Source of the DNA: Paramecium tetraurelia
Lineage: Eukaryota
Length of the DNA stretch: 31,326 bases
Direction: 5' to 3'
Assembly: GCA_000165425.1 (NCBI GenBank)
Contig: CT868230.1
Location: forward strand, 496,001 to 527,326
A model generated the notes under the pieces. It saw only the letters and a list, made by a program, of their open reading frames with translations, had not been told where the DNA came from and ran no database searches. How positions within the stretch are numbered: position 1 is the first letter of the stretch; every line of letters begins with the position of its first letter. A program made the position numbers and the translations under genes. Shown here piece by piece: positions 12,190 to 24,606 of this stretch.

Positions 12190-13408
12190 CATAAAAAAAC
12201 AGAGTCAATTCCAAATTGGATTTGTTGATGTTTTCAATTCCTAAGCTCAAATGATCAATTTTACTTCATTTTCTAAGTCTTTAAGTTAGCCTCTATATGT
12301 ATATGCTTATTTGAAGATCTAGTATGGGTTATCATTGTTGAAAATAGTCAAAATATTTATGTTTAATAATCTTATTAGGATATATAAATAAAATTAAACA
12401 TTCATTCAATCTTTCTGTAAACTTTTGCATAACCATGCTTAGTGGATTAAATTATGATAGTCCAATCACAACTAAAACAAATTGGTTATTTAGTATCCAA
12501 GCAATTTATAAAATTATAGGATTTACCTGAATCTATTTCTAAAAGCTCGATTTAGGTATTTTAAATTTTTGATAATCTTGCAAATCGTTTATGATCTGGA
12601 GACACATTTATATTTAGATTCTCAAATCGCTAGCAATCTCTAAATATTCTGATCATTTTCCCGTTTGAATTATTGATAATTCTATAACAAAACCTTTCCA
12701 TTCCTCTTACTCTGTCGAAAAAGTATTAAACAAGAGGTTATTTGTTTAACATCGCAGTAATGAGAATATCTCTAATATTTCAGATAGTCTTCCTGAAACA
12801 AAGGTCTTTTTAATTTGCTTCAATCGGGCTTAATCAAAATAAGAAATACAATGAGGTTGCGTTCCAATAATTCGATTGTCGCAAAATTAAGCAAAATCAA
12901 ATCGTGCACTCTCAGTTTAATCGCAGAACTTTCTGTTTCTTATTAATATCCCAGATGATAAAAGAACCATTCATTAGATTTAATAACAACTTATTTGATT
13001 GCTCATTTATATCAAGGCATTTCACTTAGTTTTCAAGAGTCAACAATTGAACAGGATTCTCGAAATGAGGCATTAGCTTCATTCATAATACTGTCTCTTA
13101 TTATTCTGAAAAGTTTACTCCCACAGCGATAAAATACATAGAGTCAGGAGAAAACATTCCTGGTCCACTCCTTTGGAATAATAATATTTTCGACTCTTTT
13201 TCTATTAAATTATAGAGAAGCCATTGTTCTTAATATTTAATTGCAACAATTTTGGAGTCATTGGACATAAGTATCTGTCTTACCCATTAACTTTTGATTT
13301 GTTCTTACTCACTTTCTTGATACATCTTATATCTTTTATTTAATAAATCTTCAATTTCAGGTTGTCATTTATTTCTTCTCTTAATATATATGTTTCAGTC
13401 TCTGACAT
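12190..13408 (-). pseudogene. WD40/beta-propeller pseudogene
   Basis: WD-like segments (MSNDSKIVAI, FSPDSMYFIAVG, FIIWDINKKQK, VSPDHKRFA) fall in different frames; in-frame TGAs at 13085-13083 and 12914-12912; I found no GT..AG introns that repair them; left boundary approximate. Confidence 0.7.
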
Positions 13409-13605
13409 ACTATTATTTTTACTAACCGAAGAATTACACATTTTAATCAACCCTTTAAGAATTGTATTATTAAATTAATTTCTACTCATTATCTAAGTTA
13501 AATAGATTATATAATCTTGCAGATGATCAAACACAAAAGCTATATTTATTATTTACTTATGCAAATAATTAGTTCAATATTCCAATTATTATTATTATAA
13601 ATTAA

Positions 13606-14948
13606 ATGGGCTAGTCATAATTAGGCCCATATAATTCAGACAAATCATTTTCAGTGATTCGCTTTTATCACGATAAGCAGAGCTCCTTTAGTGAAGACAT
13701 CAATCAAGAGTTCCTGAATAATGCCATCAACTTTAGTCATTGGCATTTTATGATTCATCAATCTTTGATTATCAATGGCTATTTCTTTTCTAATTGCAAA
13801 CTCACACTTAATTCATCTTTAAATCATAACTACTCAAGAATTACATTACAAAAAGAAAACAAAATTTTAACTTTTCAACATGAGTTTGAAAGAGTGAGCA
13901 ATGACTTTCGATTCAAATAAAATTCCAATCCCACAAACACTATAATAGAGGAGGTCAACCTAAACGAGTTATACAAATAATTGAACCTATAATAATAGGA
14001 AAATATGTTAATATTGGATAGTTTTGGTACTGCTAATTCAACAATTCAACCTTCTATTAATAGAGGAAGATAATTTAATGAGGCAAAGTAATTATTCTAA
14101 TAATCCTCTGAAGAAGAGGACTTCACAGATTTTGAAGATAAAAGTGATTCATATAGTCCTATTACTTCGAGAATTCAAGAGAATCAGAAAAATCAAATAA
14201 GAAAAAACCATTTCCCTTCTGATAGTGATAGTGGATAGGAAATTCATAAACCCAATTACGCATAAAAGTAATCAAATTATTAAGAATCACCCCTATCTCT
14301 GATAAATCGCAATAAAATGGAAGACGATTAACAGGAACAAGAATTAGTTTACCAAATAAATTCTGAACTTAGAAATCTAAAAAATAAAATAGAAAAGAAT
14401 ATTGGTCCTTCTTATAAAAATTTAGATGTTTCTGAAGAATATACTACTAATTATTAAAAATTAATTGAAAAGTAGCGCAATTAAAAAGTATTTGTTATGA
14501 AAATTCATTTTAGGCCATTTCAACTTAAGGCAATTCATAACAATTATAATAACATTGTGGCGTTAAATATTAATCTAATAGCTCTACTAATTTGAATTAT
14601 AAAAACGAACATCCAAAATAATACTAGGTTAATTAACTCATACCTAAGGAGAAAGAATACCAAAAACCACCAGAACAAATTAAACATATTTCAGTAAAAA
14701 TCAACTCTAATAAAATGCCTACATATTCTCAAAAGCAAAAATCACCGAACACAAGAGAACCACAAATTCCTTTCTCTTCACAACAGATATTGAAATCTCC
14801 TAGAGATCCTAAATAAGTGAGCACTTTGAATCACACTACTGGCTCTGAATCAGAGCTTAATTTAAATACTTACAAATCGAAAAACCCATAACCACAACCA
14901 ATAAACATAAAAATAGATTTAAAAGCTATGACAAAAAAACTAGGGTGA
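13606..14948 (+). CDS. Hypothetical protein (~438 aa): short globular N-terminal domain plus long S/Q/N/P-rich disordered tail; starts MGQSQ
   Basis: Code-6 ORF containing track ORF 13654-13920; one 26-nt intron near 14488-14513; TGA 14946-14948. Confidence 0.8.
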
Positions 14949-14970
14949 AATGTTTATAGTATATATATTT

Positions 14971-15490
14971 TCATAATTATTCTTATCTTTATCTAATACT
15001 TTTGAGATTCATAATCCAATTGCTATCACATTTAGGTAAGTGGTAGTTTTTAGAAGTTTATGCTTTTTGAATAGAGATGTTTCTGTCTATGGGGTGTTAT
15101 GCAGTATATATGACCCTTGCTGAATTCATTTAATTTTCGATTTTTTATTCCTAGATAATTGAGTTTGCTTTCAATCTTGGAGATGATTCTGATTAATCAT
15201 TTTGAAGGGTACTTAAATAAATTTTTTTTCTTTTTGGTTGTGCCTTGAAATATTTATATTGTGCGCCAATTAAGGTAGGATCTATTATAAAAACTAGCCT
15301 TACATTTTTCCTTTGGGCGATAATTAAAGGAAGGCAGAGTTTTTTACTCTATGGAAGTGCTGACTCTTTACTGTTTATATTAAGTATTCACTAACTTATC
15401 AACCATTTTTTTATTGCAAATTGTTAAAAGATATTTGTGAATATCTTGAATTTTATTTGACTCATCTCCTATTGCATAATATTCAAACAT
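14971..15490 (-). CDS. Hypothetical basic protein (~165 aa)
   Basis: ATG 15490, one 22-nt intron (gtaaggctag...aatag) restores the frame, TGA 14973-14971. Confidence 0.7.
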
Positions 15491-15950
15491 TTATAATAAT
15501 TAATAGTATAAAATATACTGATTAACTAATTTGGTTTGATTAGGAAAAAAGAATACTAAGGAATAAAATAGATTTTGATTAACAAAAGAATTTAAATAAA
15601 ATTTATACAGTCTCTCTGTTATTCAAAACTTTCTAAACTTTATAATATTGAGCGAGAGATTTAAAAACACCAATCATATAGATATTAAATACCATAATAA
15701 AAAGTGCTAACAATTCAGTAATTGTCATAATAATAATTAAATAAATATTAAGAAATTCTTGATTGTTATTAAGGGAATTTATTTATATAAAAAGACTCTA
15801 CCTAATAATGAAATAGACTGTATAAAATTATTGAAGAAAAACCTACATAGACAGACTTTAGATTTAAATTGAGAAAAATATAAATCAACTTGGTTAATAT
15901 TGATGTTAGATTGTATATATTATTTAAGATTATAAATTATGTTTTGATCT

Positions 15951-16679
15951 TCAGGAATTGACATCTTCATAGAAATACTTTGTCTTTTAAGATACAAATT
16001 TTCTTTTGTATTATTTTGGAGATTTCAATTCATCTTCTTCTTTAATGACTTCAGTTGCGATTCTTCCATTCTCTAGATTTATGACTCTAACTTTTTTATG
16101 GAAGTCAACTCTTTTGTTATTATAGTTTGAGTCATCTAATTGAGAATTATCAGGATATAAGGAATTTAGACTATCTAGATTTGTTTAACTTTATGTTTAG
16201 TGATCTCTTTTTCTTTAAAATCTTTTTTATCTTGAAGTTTAAGTTTCTTAGATTGGAAAACTGATCTGCTGTTCAATCATTTAGATAAACATTTAAGATT
16301 CTTTTCTTTGTTTTCTTAGCCCAGGCAACATAATATGATTGTCACTAATTTGGTTTTGTTAAGAAAATATAGTCGATAGTTGAGATTTAAGTTGATTATG
16401 TTTAGATTATGGCATAGAGTCAATAGGTTTAGAAATGTTTAATAATGAATTGGATTGTAGTTTAGGAAATCTACAATAACTACCCTCTGCTTTTTCTGTT
16501 AGAGTTGGTATTTGTTGAGTATTTTCATTTTATTAAGGAGTCTTTATATTATGAACTTAATCAAGATTGTTTAGAAATTGTGAAGGATTAAATGAGCGAA
16601 GATTTTAGTTTATTTAGAAAGAAGTGTTGTCGTTTTTGATTTTGGATTCGGTGAGACTTTTCTGATGTAAGGTTAACAT
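15951..16679 (-). CDS. Disordered 242-aa protein with RVxF-type motif (NKRVDFHKKVRVI), candidate PP1 interactor
   Basis: Intronless 729-nt code-6 ORF. Confidence 0.8.
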
Positions 16680-16924
16680 AAATATTAATTAAAAGAAGAA
16701 ATATTGTAAGTTATAAACTTTGACATCATTGAAAAATTACACTCAGTGAATACTAATTTATTACAATATTAAACTAAAATTTCATTACTAATATGAATGT
16801 TTATCCAGATGTGTATGCTTCTATTGATTGGTAAACAAATAATAGTTCTTTATTTTATTAGTCTTCTATATTAGAGTTTTAACTCTATTTTGATATCATA
16901 ATGATTAATAAAATATAAAATCAT

Positions 16925-18216
16925 TCAGTTCATTTAATAATTTAAAGATTAGATTGATCGAACTGAATTTCCAACTCTGATTGATCTTTAGGATTCTTAT
17001 TATTCGTTATAGCTGTTTCTACCTTACAAAGTTTTCTAATATGTAGAAAACGAATGTAAACTAGTGCCACTTTGTTTTGCAGCTGCTAAGAGTTGAAGAT
17101 TCTCATCATTAAGTTGCATTGGGTTCCATCCTAAAGGAGGTTATATGGACTGCTATTGCAATACTGTGGATGACAAAATCTAGATAGGCAATTCAAGGCA
17201 TTCACTTTGGTTGCAACAACTTACTGAAATTAAATATATAAAATAAATTTACTTCCAAAACTAGCTCTTATCACAATTTGATAATGTGATTTGATTATTT
17301 CTCCATTGGTCGATGGTTAAATCATATTATATTAATCGTTGTTATTATGATTTTTTAATTGAGCAAACAGCACCACTTCTTGCTGATTTAGTACCTTATA
17401 GGATCCTAATTTCTTTGTTGTTGTTGAGATTTACTCTTCAGCAATGATTTTGCTCCTTGTTTCTATGTTGTTTTTATATTTGTATTATGTTATGTTTTCC
17501 AATTGTATAATTATTTTTTCTGGTTTCTAATACCTCTCCTCATCGATAACCTCTATTAATATTCTTATGGCTTCTCCAATCCTATAAACATTCCTATCTG
17601 TCACGGCAGTAATTTAGGCGCTCTATATATAATAATGAATTTTATTACTCCTTTTTCTCGACAGCAATATCCATTGTCTCCAACTTTCCCATCTCCAATT
17701 ATCTGTTATTCAGGAAAGTAAATAGGTTCTCTAACTTAAATCTATTAAATGTGGCTCATTGTTTTGTATCCCTTAGTTGGCACGACATACCCTTTCACTT
17801 TATATATGATTCTCTCAAACGCACTACTCAAATGTATTTTATTATAGGTCCCAGGGATGTTGGAAGGTAGTTAGAAGGTAAATGTAGTTGTGAATTAACC
17901 CATAGGAATAGTTGGTTATTGGAACTCATAAAGCACAATTTCATTCTTTAATATTTTTTAAGTTGTATTCGTTGATAATACACCTTCATCATCACTATTT
18001 TCATTGATATCAAAGGCACCATGCAATATTTCTTTCCCAGTAAGGCTAATGTAAAGTTTTCTTCCAGGGTAACCAGGTTTGGTAATATTTAAACTTATGG
18101 TTCCTAATTTCGAATAGTTAATATTTTATACCTTGAATCATTTCTCCAGGAAAATAATATGCTTTTGAAGTTTGAACAAAAATACCACCAAATTCAGTGC
18201 TGTGTTTATTTCCCAT
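16925..18216 (-). CDS. Arrestin-domain (alpha-arrestin-like) protein, N-terminus MGNKHS
   Basis: YYFPGEMIQGTI, LTGKE, GQFTTTFTFQLPSNIPGTY, IIYKVKG, VYRIGEAI; three tiny introns; clear paralog of 29482-30638. Confidence 0.85.
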
Positions 18217-18699
18217 TTTTTGCTAATAAAATAATATAAGATTTGATTAATTTTTATTCCTTAAAATCCTAATTTTGAATAAATTACTTTGACGCAATCA
18301 CATTCCTACGTAATAAAGTGTAGATTAATTCCAAGAAAATAACATTTAATAATATTTTTAGATTAATATAAGGTTTTTAAAGTTATCTAATTCTCAATTT
18401 ATGTTTGGTTTAAGGATTTAATTAAATATTTAATAATTCATATGAAAACACTTTTTTTGTATTAAATTTTATCTTTCATTCTTTATGAGAAAAATACAAA
18501 GCGAACACATAAGACCATGAAAAAAGAATTATTTAAAATTAATGTGGTTGCGAATGATGAATAATAAAAATTATAGAAAATATATTGCAAGGCATTTTAC
18601 TTTGAAAACAGATTCAACATTACTAGATACTTTTCAGAAATTGTGTTTTTTCGTTTATTTCTGAAAATAAATTTTTGTTTTGCATTATCTCATATTTTA

Positions 18700-19860
18700 T
18701 TTAATAACTAGTTTACCACAAATTTTTGAGATTAATCAATTCCAATCACAGATTATATAGCTGAATTGCCTGAATTTTATTTATTATTTTACATAAGTTC
18801 CATTTTGATTAGACTTTGACATTTTCAAAAACTAACATGAAATAATTTAATTATTGACAAAACATGATTTCTAGAAAATAATTTTGAATATTGTTCTAAA
18901 ATTCAAAATAATGGCGATGCTGGAATTTATATGGATTTTTGTAATATACAAATTTGATGAATTGATTTCGAAAAACAATATATTTTAGATTTTTAAGAAA
19001 ATAAGGAAAGAAATTACTAATATTATTCCTATTAATTAAAATACATTTTAGCCTATGAATCAAGTCTTGAAATTAAACAATAAAAAAAATATTAAGGAAA
19101 TGATATCAGTTGAAAAATTAATCCTTCAGTTCTTAATTGTTATTTTAATTCTAATTTCTACATCAAACAATTTAGTAAATTAGAAGAATTAAAAATAAAT
19201 ATTGTATATTTATTAATGGTTAATAATATACTTAGCCTAAAACTCTAGTTCCATTTAAGAGTTAATATTACAAACAGAAATTTCTTCAATTTGAATTAAT
19301 AGAGGATGAATATGAATAGTATTTTCAGAAAATTCAACAACAAGAGAAAATTATTAAATGTTCATCAATTTAATTGAATTTAAAAAATCATAACTATATA
19401 TAAAATTCTTTAAATAAATTGTTTCATAATAGCCATTTTTTGTATCAATAACAAATAATTTGATAAATTGGGAAATATTTCTGTAAGATAGAATAGTCTA
19501 CTTTAATAAAGATTATTTGGTTTTATTATTTTGTGATTATATGATCAGAGTTCTTAAGAATAAATATAAAGATGTAATTAAATGGTTCTTCATATGATGT
19601 TTCAGAAATCAATTTAAGATAATTTTTTGCAATCTTATCAAGGTGTATTTTAGAATTATGTAAAATCATTAAGGCCAAAGATATTGAAGTAGAGGTATTT
19701 CAACCTATTCAAAAATCTATCATAGAATGAGTATGATTCTAAATATAAGATATTTATTCAATCGGTTTACAAGCTTTGGATTCTTAATTTTCACCCTCTA
19801 TAATAATATAATAGTTATATTTATGAACTTTCTAGAAAGCTCTAAACGAATTGGATTGTA
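18700..19860 (+). pseudogene. Probable decayed gene remnant of unknown family
   Basis: Protein-like stretches (FELIEDEYEQYFQKIQQQEK, ILELCKIIKAKDIEVEVFQP) broken by several TGAs and frame changes inside a 1.7-kb gap; boundaries approximate. Confidence 0.35.
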
Positions 19861-19928
19861 ACAGAAATAAATAAATGCCTTAATTAAAATATAAAAGCAT
19901 ATTTCTAGAATTTTTAGAAAAAATATTA

Positions 19929-21570
19929 ATGATAAGAAATTTGTTTCGTCCTTTAGCTTAAATCCAAAAGCGATTCTAACCCTTCTATTACTTTTCCTTT
20001 TCTAAATCTAATAAATAAGATAAAGAGTAAATTTAAACACTTAAAATAGAACATATTAATTAATCCTAAAAAATTAGGAATTTGACAAGTTAGTTGAATA
20101 TTGGGATAGCAAGACCTCTTAACCTAAATAAAACTCTGTTTCCATACAGAAAGTATTGTAGAAAATAAATCTTGCTGAAAATTTGATTGGAAGTGAATTG
20201 TAAGATAAGAATTGGGAATTTTTCGAGGAAATGTTTGATAAAAACTTTATTGAAAGATTATACATACCAAAGCAATACCCTTAAAAGATTTAATTAATAT
20301 TAAATATCTCAATGGAATTGTCATTATTGGAATACTAATATAGATTAAACAGAAGAGAAATATTACAATTAGAATAAGTTTTAGAGTAAAATGAAATATA
20401 TAATTTAGTCGTATCAAAGGTATTTTAGAAAACATATATAACTTTGAATCAAAAATAAGCGATTTAGGAGAAGCTGAGTTTAATAATCTCTTAAGACAAT
20501 CATAATACTTTGACATGAAGGCCTTTTATTAGAAAACATTAAATCCTGAGGGTTATGTTCAATTTTTAGAAGAATCTACTAAGTGTTTAGATTAAGCAGT
20601 TAAAATTGTGAACGACATAATCAAACATAAGGAGAATGTAGAGTAGATCAAATATTAAGTTGGCAAACAATAAGCTATGAGTAAAATTGCCAGAAATTTT
20701 GAAATTTTGGCTGAATTCTTATTAATTTCAGGGCAAGAAGAAGAATCAAGATCTTTTTTAGAAAAAGCTCTTGAAGTAATACTTCTTTTCATTTTAGATA
20801 TATGAAACCTTTGCCAGTGGCATTACACCTAAATCCATCTTATGTTAATGCAGAATTGCAAGATCATACTTGAGAGAAAATTATGAGAAGTCCTGTTAAT
20901 TAATCTCTGGATTGTATGACGAGATTTCATAATATGGAGAATCTGAATTCTTATTATTAGTATAAATGTATAAATTCGTCATTCTGTCCTAAAAAGAAGT
21001 AGATGAGGCAGAATACGAAAAGCTTTTTGAGTCAATGAAAAATTTCAGAGTCACAGATCCATATATTATATCTGAAGTATTGTACTTATCTCTAGAATAT
21101 ACCTTTAAATAAGGATATAGTAAAGCATTGTCTGAACATTTACATTAAGCCTTAATTCTTATTGAAAATAGTTCTGAAAAGATAAATTTGGAATAGCTAC
21201 TCCATTTAACAGCCTAAATAATTATTGAGTTACCTGTTGATGTCAAAGATCAATAGAGTTTATTAAAGGTGATTTATGAAAATTTTGAGAAGTTTAGGAA
21301 TAGAATAGATGATGCATACTTCTAAGATCATTTATTATTGAAAGCATTAATTAGAGCCAAACTACTATAATTTGATAAAGAAGGACCAGAAATAATCATA
21401 AAACCAATTTTATAATTTGTATAATCTTGTACTTATTTTAGATTGAACAAGCTTAAAATGGTAAAGAACCATAATTCCTAAATCATATTAAATAAATTTA
21501 GAGATTTTTAGAGAAGAATGGACTTATCTTTGCTAAGAAATAAATTGAAGACTTAAGCTCTCAAAAATGA
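19929..21570 (+). CDS. Mitochondrion-targeted alpha-helical TPR-like protein (~520 aa)
   Basis: Presequence-like MIRNLFRPLAQIQKRFQPFYYFS; TPR-like LAEFLLISGQEEESRSFLEKALEIY; three 22-23 nt introns; TGA 21568-21570. Confidence 0.8.
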
Positions 21571-21627
21571 TATTATGAAATTATTTTTCTTAGGTTGTTT
21601 AAATTTTAATTATACATGTTGTAATAA

Positions 21628-22201
21628 TCAACATTATATGAAGAAATTTCCAAGTAATTTATCAAACTTCTAATGTCTTATGTCTTACAATTGTTTTTCT
21701 TCTCAGTTAACTCTCCTTTGAGATATAGGGGTCCTTAACTTGAGCGATGATATTTTAATCATCAATCACAATTAAAGATGACTTAAATGTTACTTATCTT
21801 TTGTTGCTATTGATTATCTTTTTGATTTTTCTATTGATGCTTTCCAATTCGTTTTCAATTTGTTTGTCAGTATGTAAAACTTCAGACTTCTTCAAATCAG
21901 CAATAACATCTCTCTAAGAAAGTTGATTCACACTATGGATCGATAAATTTTAAACACTAGGTAGTGCTAATTAGAATTTAGGTTAAACTTTATCATTTCC
22001 TAAAGCAACCCTTCTTCTTGAGGTTTTTGGGAATGCATAGTCAAATATTTCTTAAACTTCCTTTTCTTTTATAAAATTTTTTGGAGCACTTTCAAAGTCA
22101 TTTAAAAATTTAGAAGGTCTTAAAGGTTTAACTGCCAATTTAAAATTGTTTTAACTTATAGGGGGAGATCGAATATCTGCATAACTCAACCTTTAAATCA
22201 T
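21628..22201 (-). CDS. Basic ~190-aa protein with RVxF-type motif (NKRQVTFKSSLIVID)
   Basis: Intronless code-6 ORF; alternative in-frame ATG at 22225; TGA 21630-21628. Confidence 0.75.
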
Positions 22202-23032
22202 AAAATAATTATATCTTTTAATCATTTTGGTTTGTCACTTTATAATCAAATTGTATAAAAATAATAAATAATCATTTTTTGCATAATAATAGAAACATCC
22301 AAAGATATTATAGGTCTACACATGAATAGACACTTAATTTTATCAACACAATTTTATTTGTCTGAAGCCGGCAAAAATCTATATTTAATTGAAATTTTTA
22401 AAATAGCGAAGCTATAATTATATTTTTAATAAAAAACAAAAACGAAAATTGATTCTTAGTTTAAATTCTGCTCTCCAACTTCATCGAAAATTATTCATAT
22501 CTAAAAAATTTAATGAATATATTAATATTAATAAGCTCCATAAATTGTACCATTCCTTTTGATTACTTATATCTATTTATAAACGGAAATATGACTTTAT
22601 TTATTTTTAAGAGCAATTAACCTCTTAATCTAGAAACTGATTCGGTGAATATGGACTTTGGGCTTTTTTATAAATTAAAATTTGTTAAAGTACTTGCGCT
22701 TCTATATAATTTTGAGAAAATTAATTCTAATTAACAAATTGATGATCTTTTGATCAGTTATTTTGAACACCATTATTGGCTGAATAAAATATTTATTATT
22801 ATTATAATTTTCGCTTAATTCTTCTTATAACCTTTCTCGATTAAATCTATTTAATTTGTTTGGAATTTCTCCTTTTTCAACATTATTTCTCATCATTATA
22901 TCCCAAAATTTAAAATCATTAGTTTAAAACAATATTTCTATCCGTATTTTGAACTTTGGAAAATTTGGTATTCAGAAATTGAAATTAATAATACATTTGA
23001 TTTTTAATAATAATAAATTTTATGATTTTATT

Positions 23033-24584
23033 TCAATTTTATTTCTCTTAATAAGCTGGAATGTATTTCAGAATTTTTACATAATCTTTACTAATCTTTA
23101 ATACAAAGCCTCCGTCTAAAAAAAGAGTTGGCTTAACTTCTACTTGCTTCATTGTGTATCCAATTGCATAAATCTCATTTTTATAGATAACCATATGAGA
23201 ATAAGGAATGAAATCGATTGGCAATTGATTATCCAATACAGAAAATGTGCTGTTTGTTGTGTTTAATGTAAGCAGTTTTCGATTAAAATACATTTAATCA
23301 TTAAAAATGATGCTATATCTAATTCCTCCTAATAACAAGATTTAACTTTAGTTGATTGAAATTGCTGAACAATTTGAACTGTCAAATCCTGGTAAGGAAT
23401 TTTAGATGCTTATGATTTCCCAAGTTTTTGTATTTGCATAATTATATCTTTCAATAACATTTGTATTCTAATTTTCTGAATCTATTCCAAAAAAAACATA
23501 AATGTAATCCTCATGTTTTGCAATAGCTGAATTGGATCTCGCATGATTCATTTTTGTAATGAATTCCCATTTTTATGTGGTAAAATTGAATCTTTCACAC
23601 AATTTAGTTTTCACTTTGTTGCATGATTTTCCACCAATCACATAAAGATATTAGCAATCTCCTTCTCTAATTATAATACTGCTACAACCAACTCGCTTAA
23701 CATTCATTTCTGGCAAACTAGTAATTTGACCTGAATTTACATCCAATTAACTAAATGAAGCACTTATTAATCCTTATTGAGTAACTCCTCCTATTAGATA
23801 GGTTTAATTGGATTCTCCTTGAACAACAGTTGGCGAATAATTAATATTCACTTTCGAATTATATTAATGGACTTCATACTGATTAGTGACTATATCATAA
23901 AGTCCATATTAAAGATGGCGTTCATCTAAAATAATTAAATGATTCAAAGCAATTCCTCCTTAGGCTTCAATGATCGGTTTGTGACAATTTTCTACTGGTA
24001 TATCGCCACTCCATTATACTGAAGCATAATCATTTAATGTTAAATATAAGCCTTCTACTACTCTATGATTAACTTTGACTTAGGGTAATAAATCTTAATC
24101 TTATTTGCTAGTTTTTTATGAATAAGTTGCTAATTCATCTATTTCTTTGGACGAATCATCTCTAAAAATATTTTCGAAATTATACATGAATTTGACATAA
24201 TTTTATTGTTTAAAATACTCATAGTCTTTTTAAGTGAATTAGTTTTCTGCTAATTTTTATGCTTGATTATCTAAACTTTGTATCTATTCATCTAATCTCG
24301 TTATTACATCCTCTAATATTATTATTATAAATACTTTTAACTTCAGAATTAGGGTATCTACTTTATAAATTTCTAAAATTCTCTCCAACTGCTTTAAAAT
24401 ATTCGTTTATGATATGATGAAAATCTTGTTAACTAGACTTAATTAGGTCCATATTTTCCTTCATTTTATCATGTGACTCTTTTTCAATGTGCAATTCTTC
24501 TATCCTTTATCTGCAAATCGAAAGAGAATCAATAACTTATTAAATTACATTCTCTACGTTATTTATATCACTTTGATTTAACAT
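23033..24584 (-). CDS. Coiled-coil plus Kelch-repeat beta-propeller protein (~509 aa)
   Basis: YLIGG, LYVIGGK...CERFNFTTQKWEFITKMNHAR, IYVFFG...IERYN...W, ILLLGG; one 22-nt intron; includes track ORF 23048-23293. Confidence 0.9.
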
Positions 24585-24606
24585 CTATATTAAATTATTT
24601 TTATTT

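Noticed and set aside
12912..13085. TGA readthrough as Trp or selenocysteine in the WD40 locus
   Set aside because: Accompanied by multiple frameshifts, and TGA terminates every intact gene here; decay is the simpler explanation
15500..15940. Gln-rich protein-like stretch on the + strand
   Set aside because: No start codon or consistent frame found; at most a remnant
22350..22900. Open minus-strand frames from ATGs near 22883-22896
   Set aside because: More than one frame stays open simply because only TGA stops; no motif to choose between them
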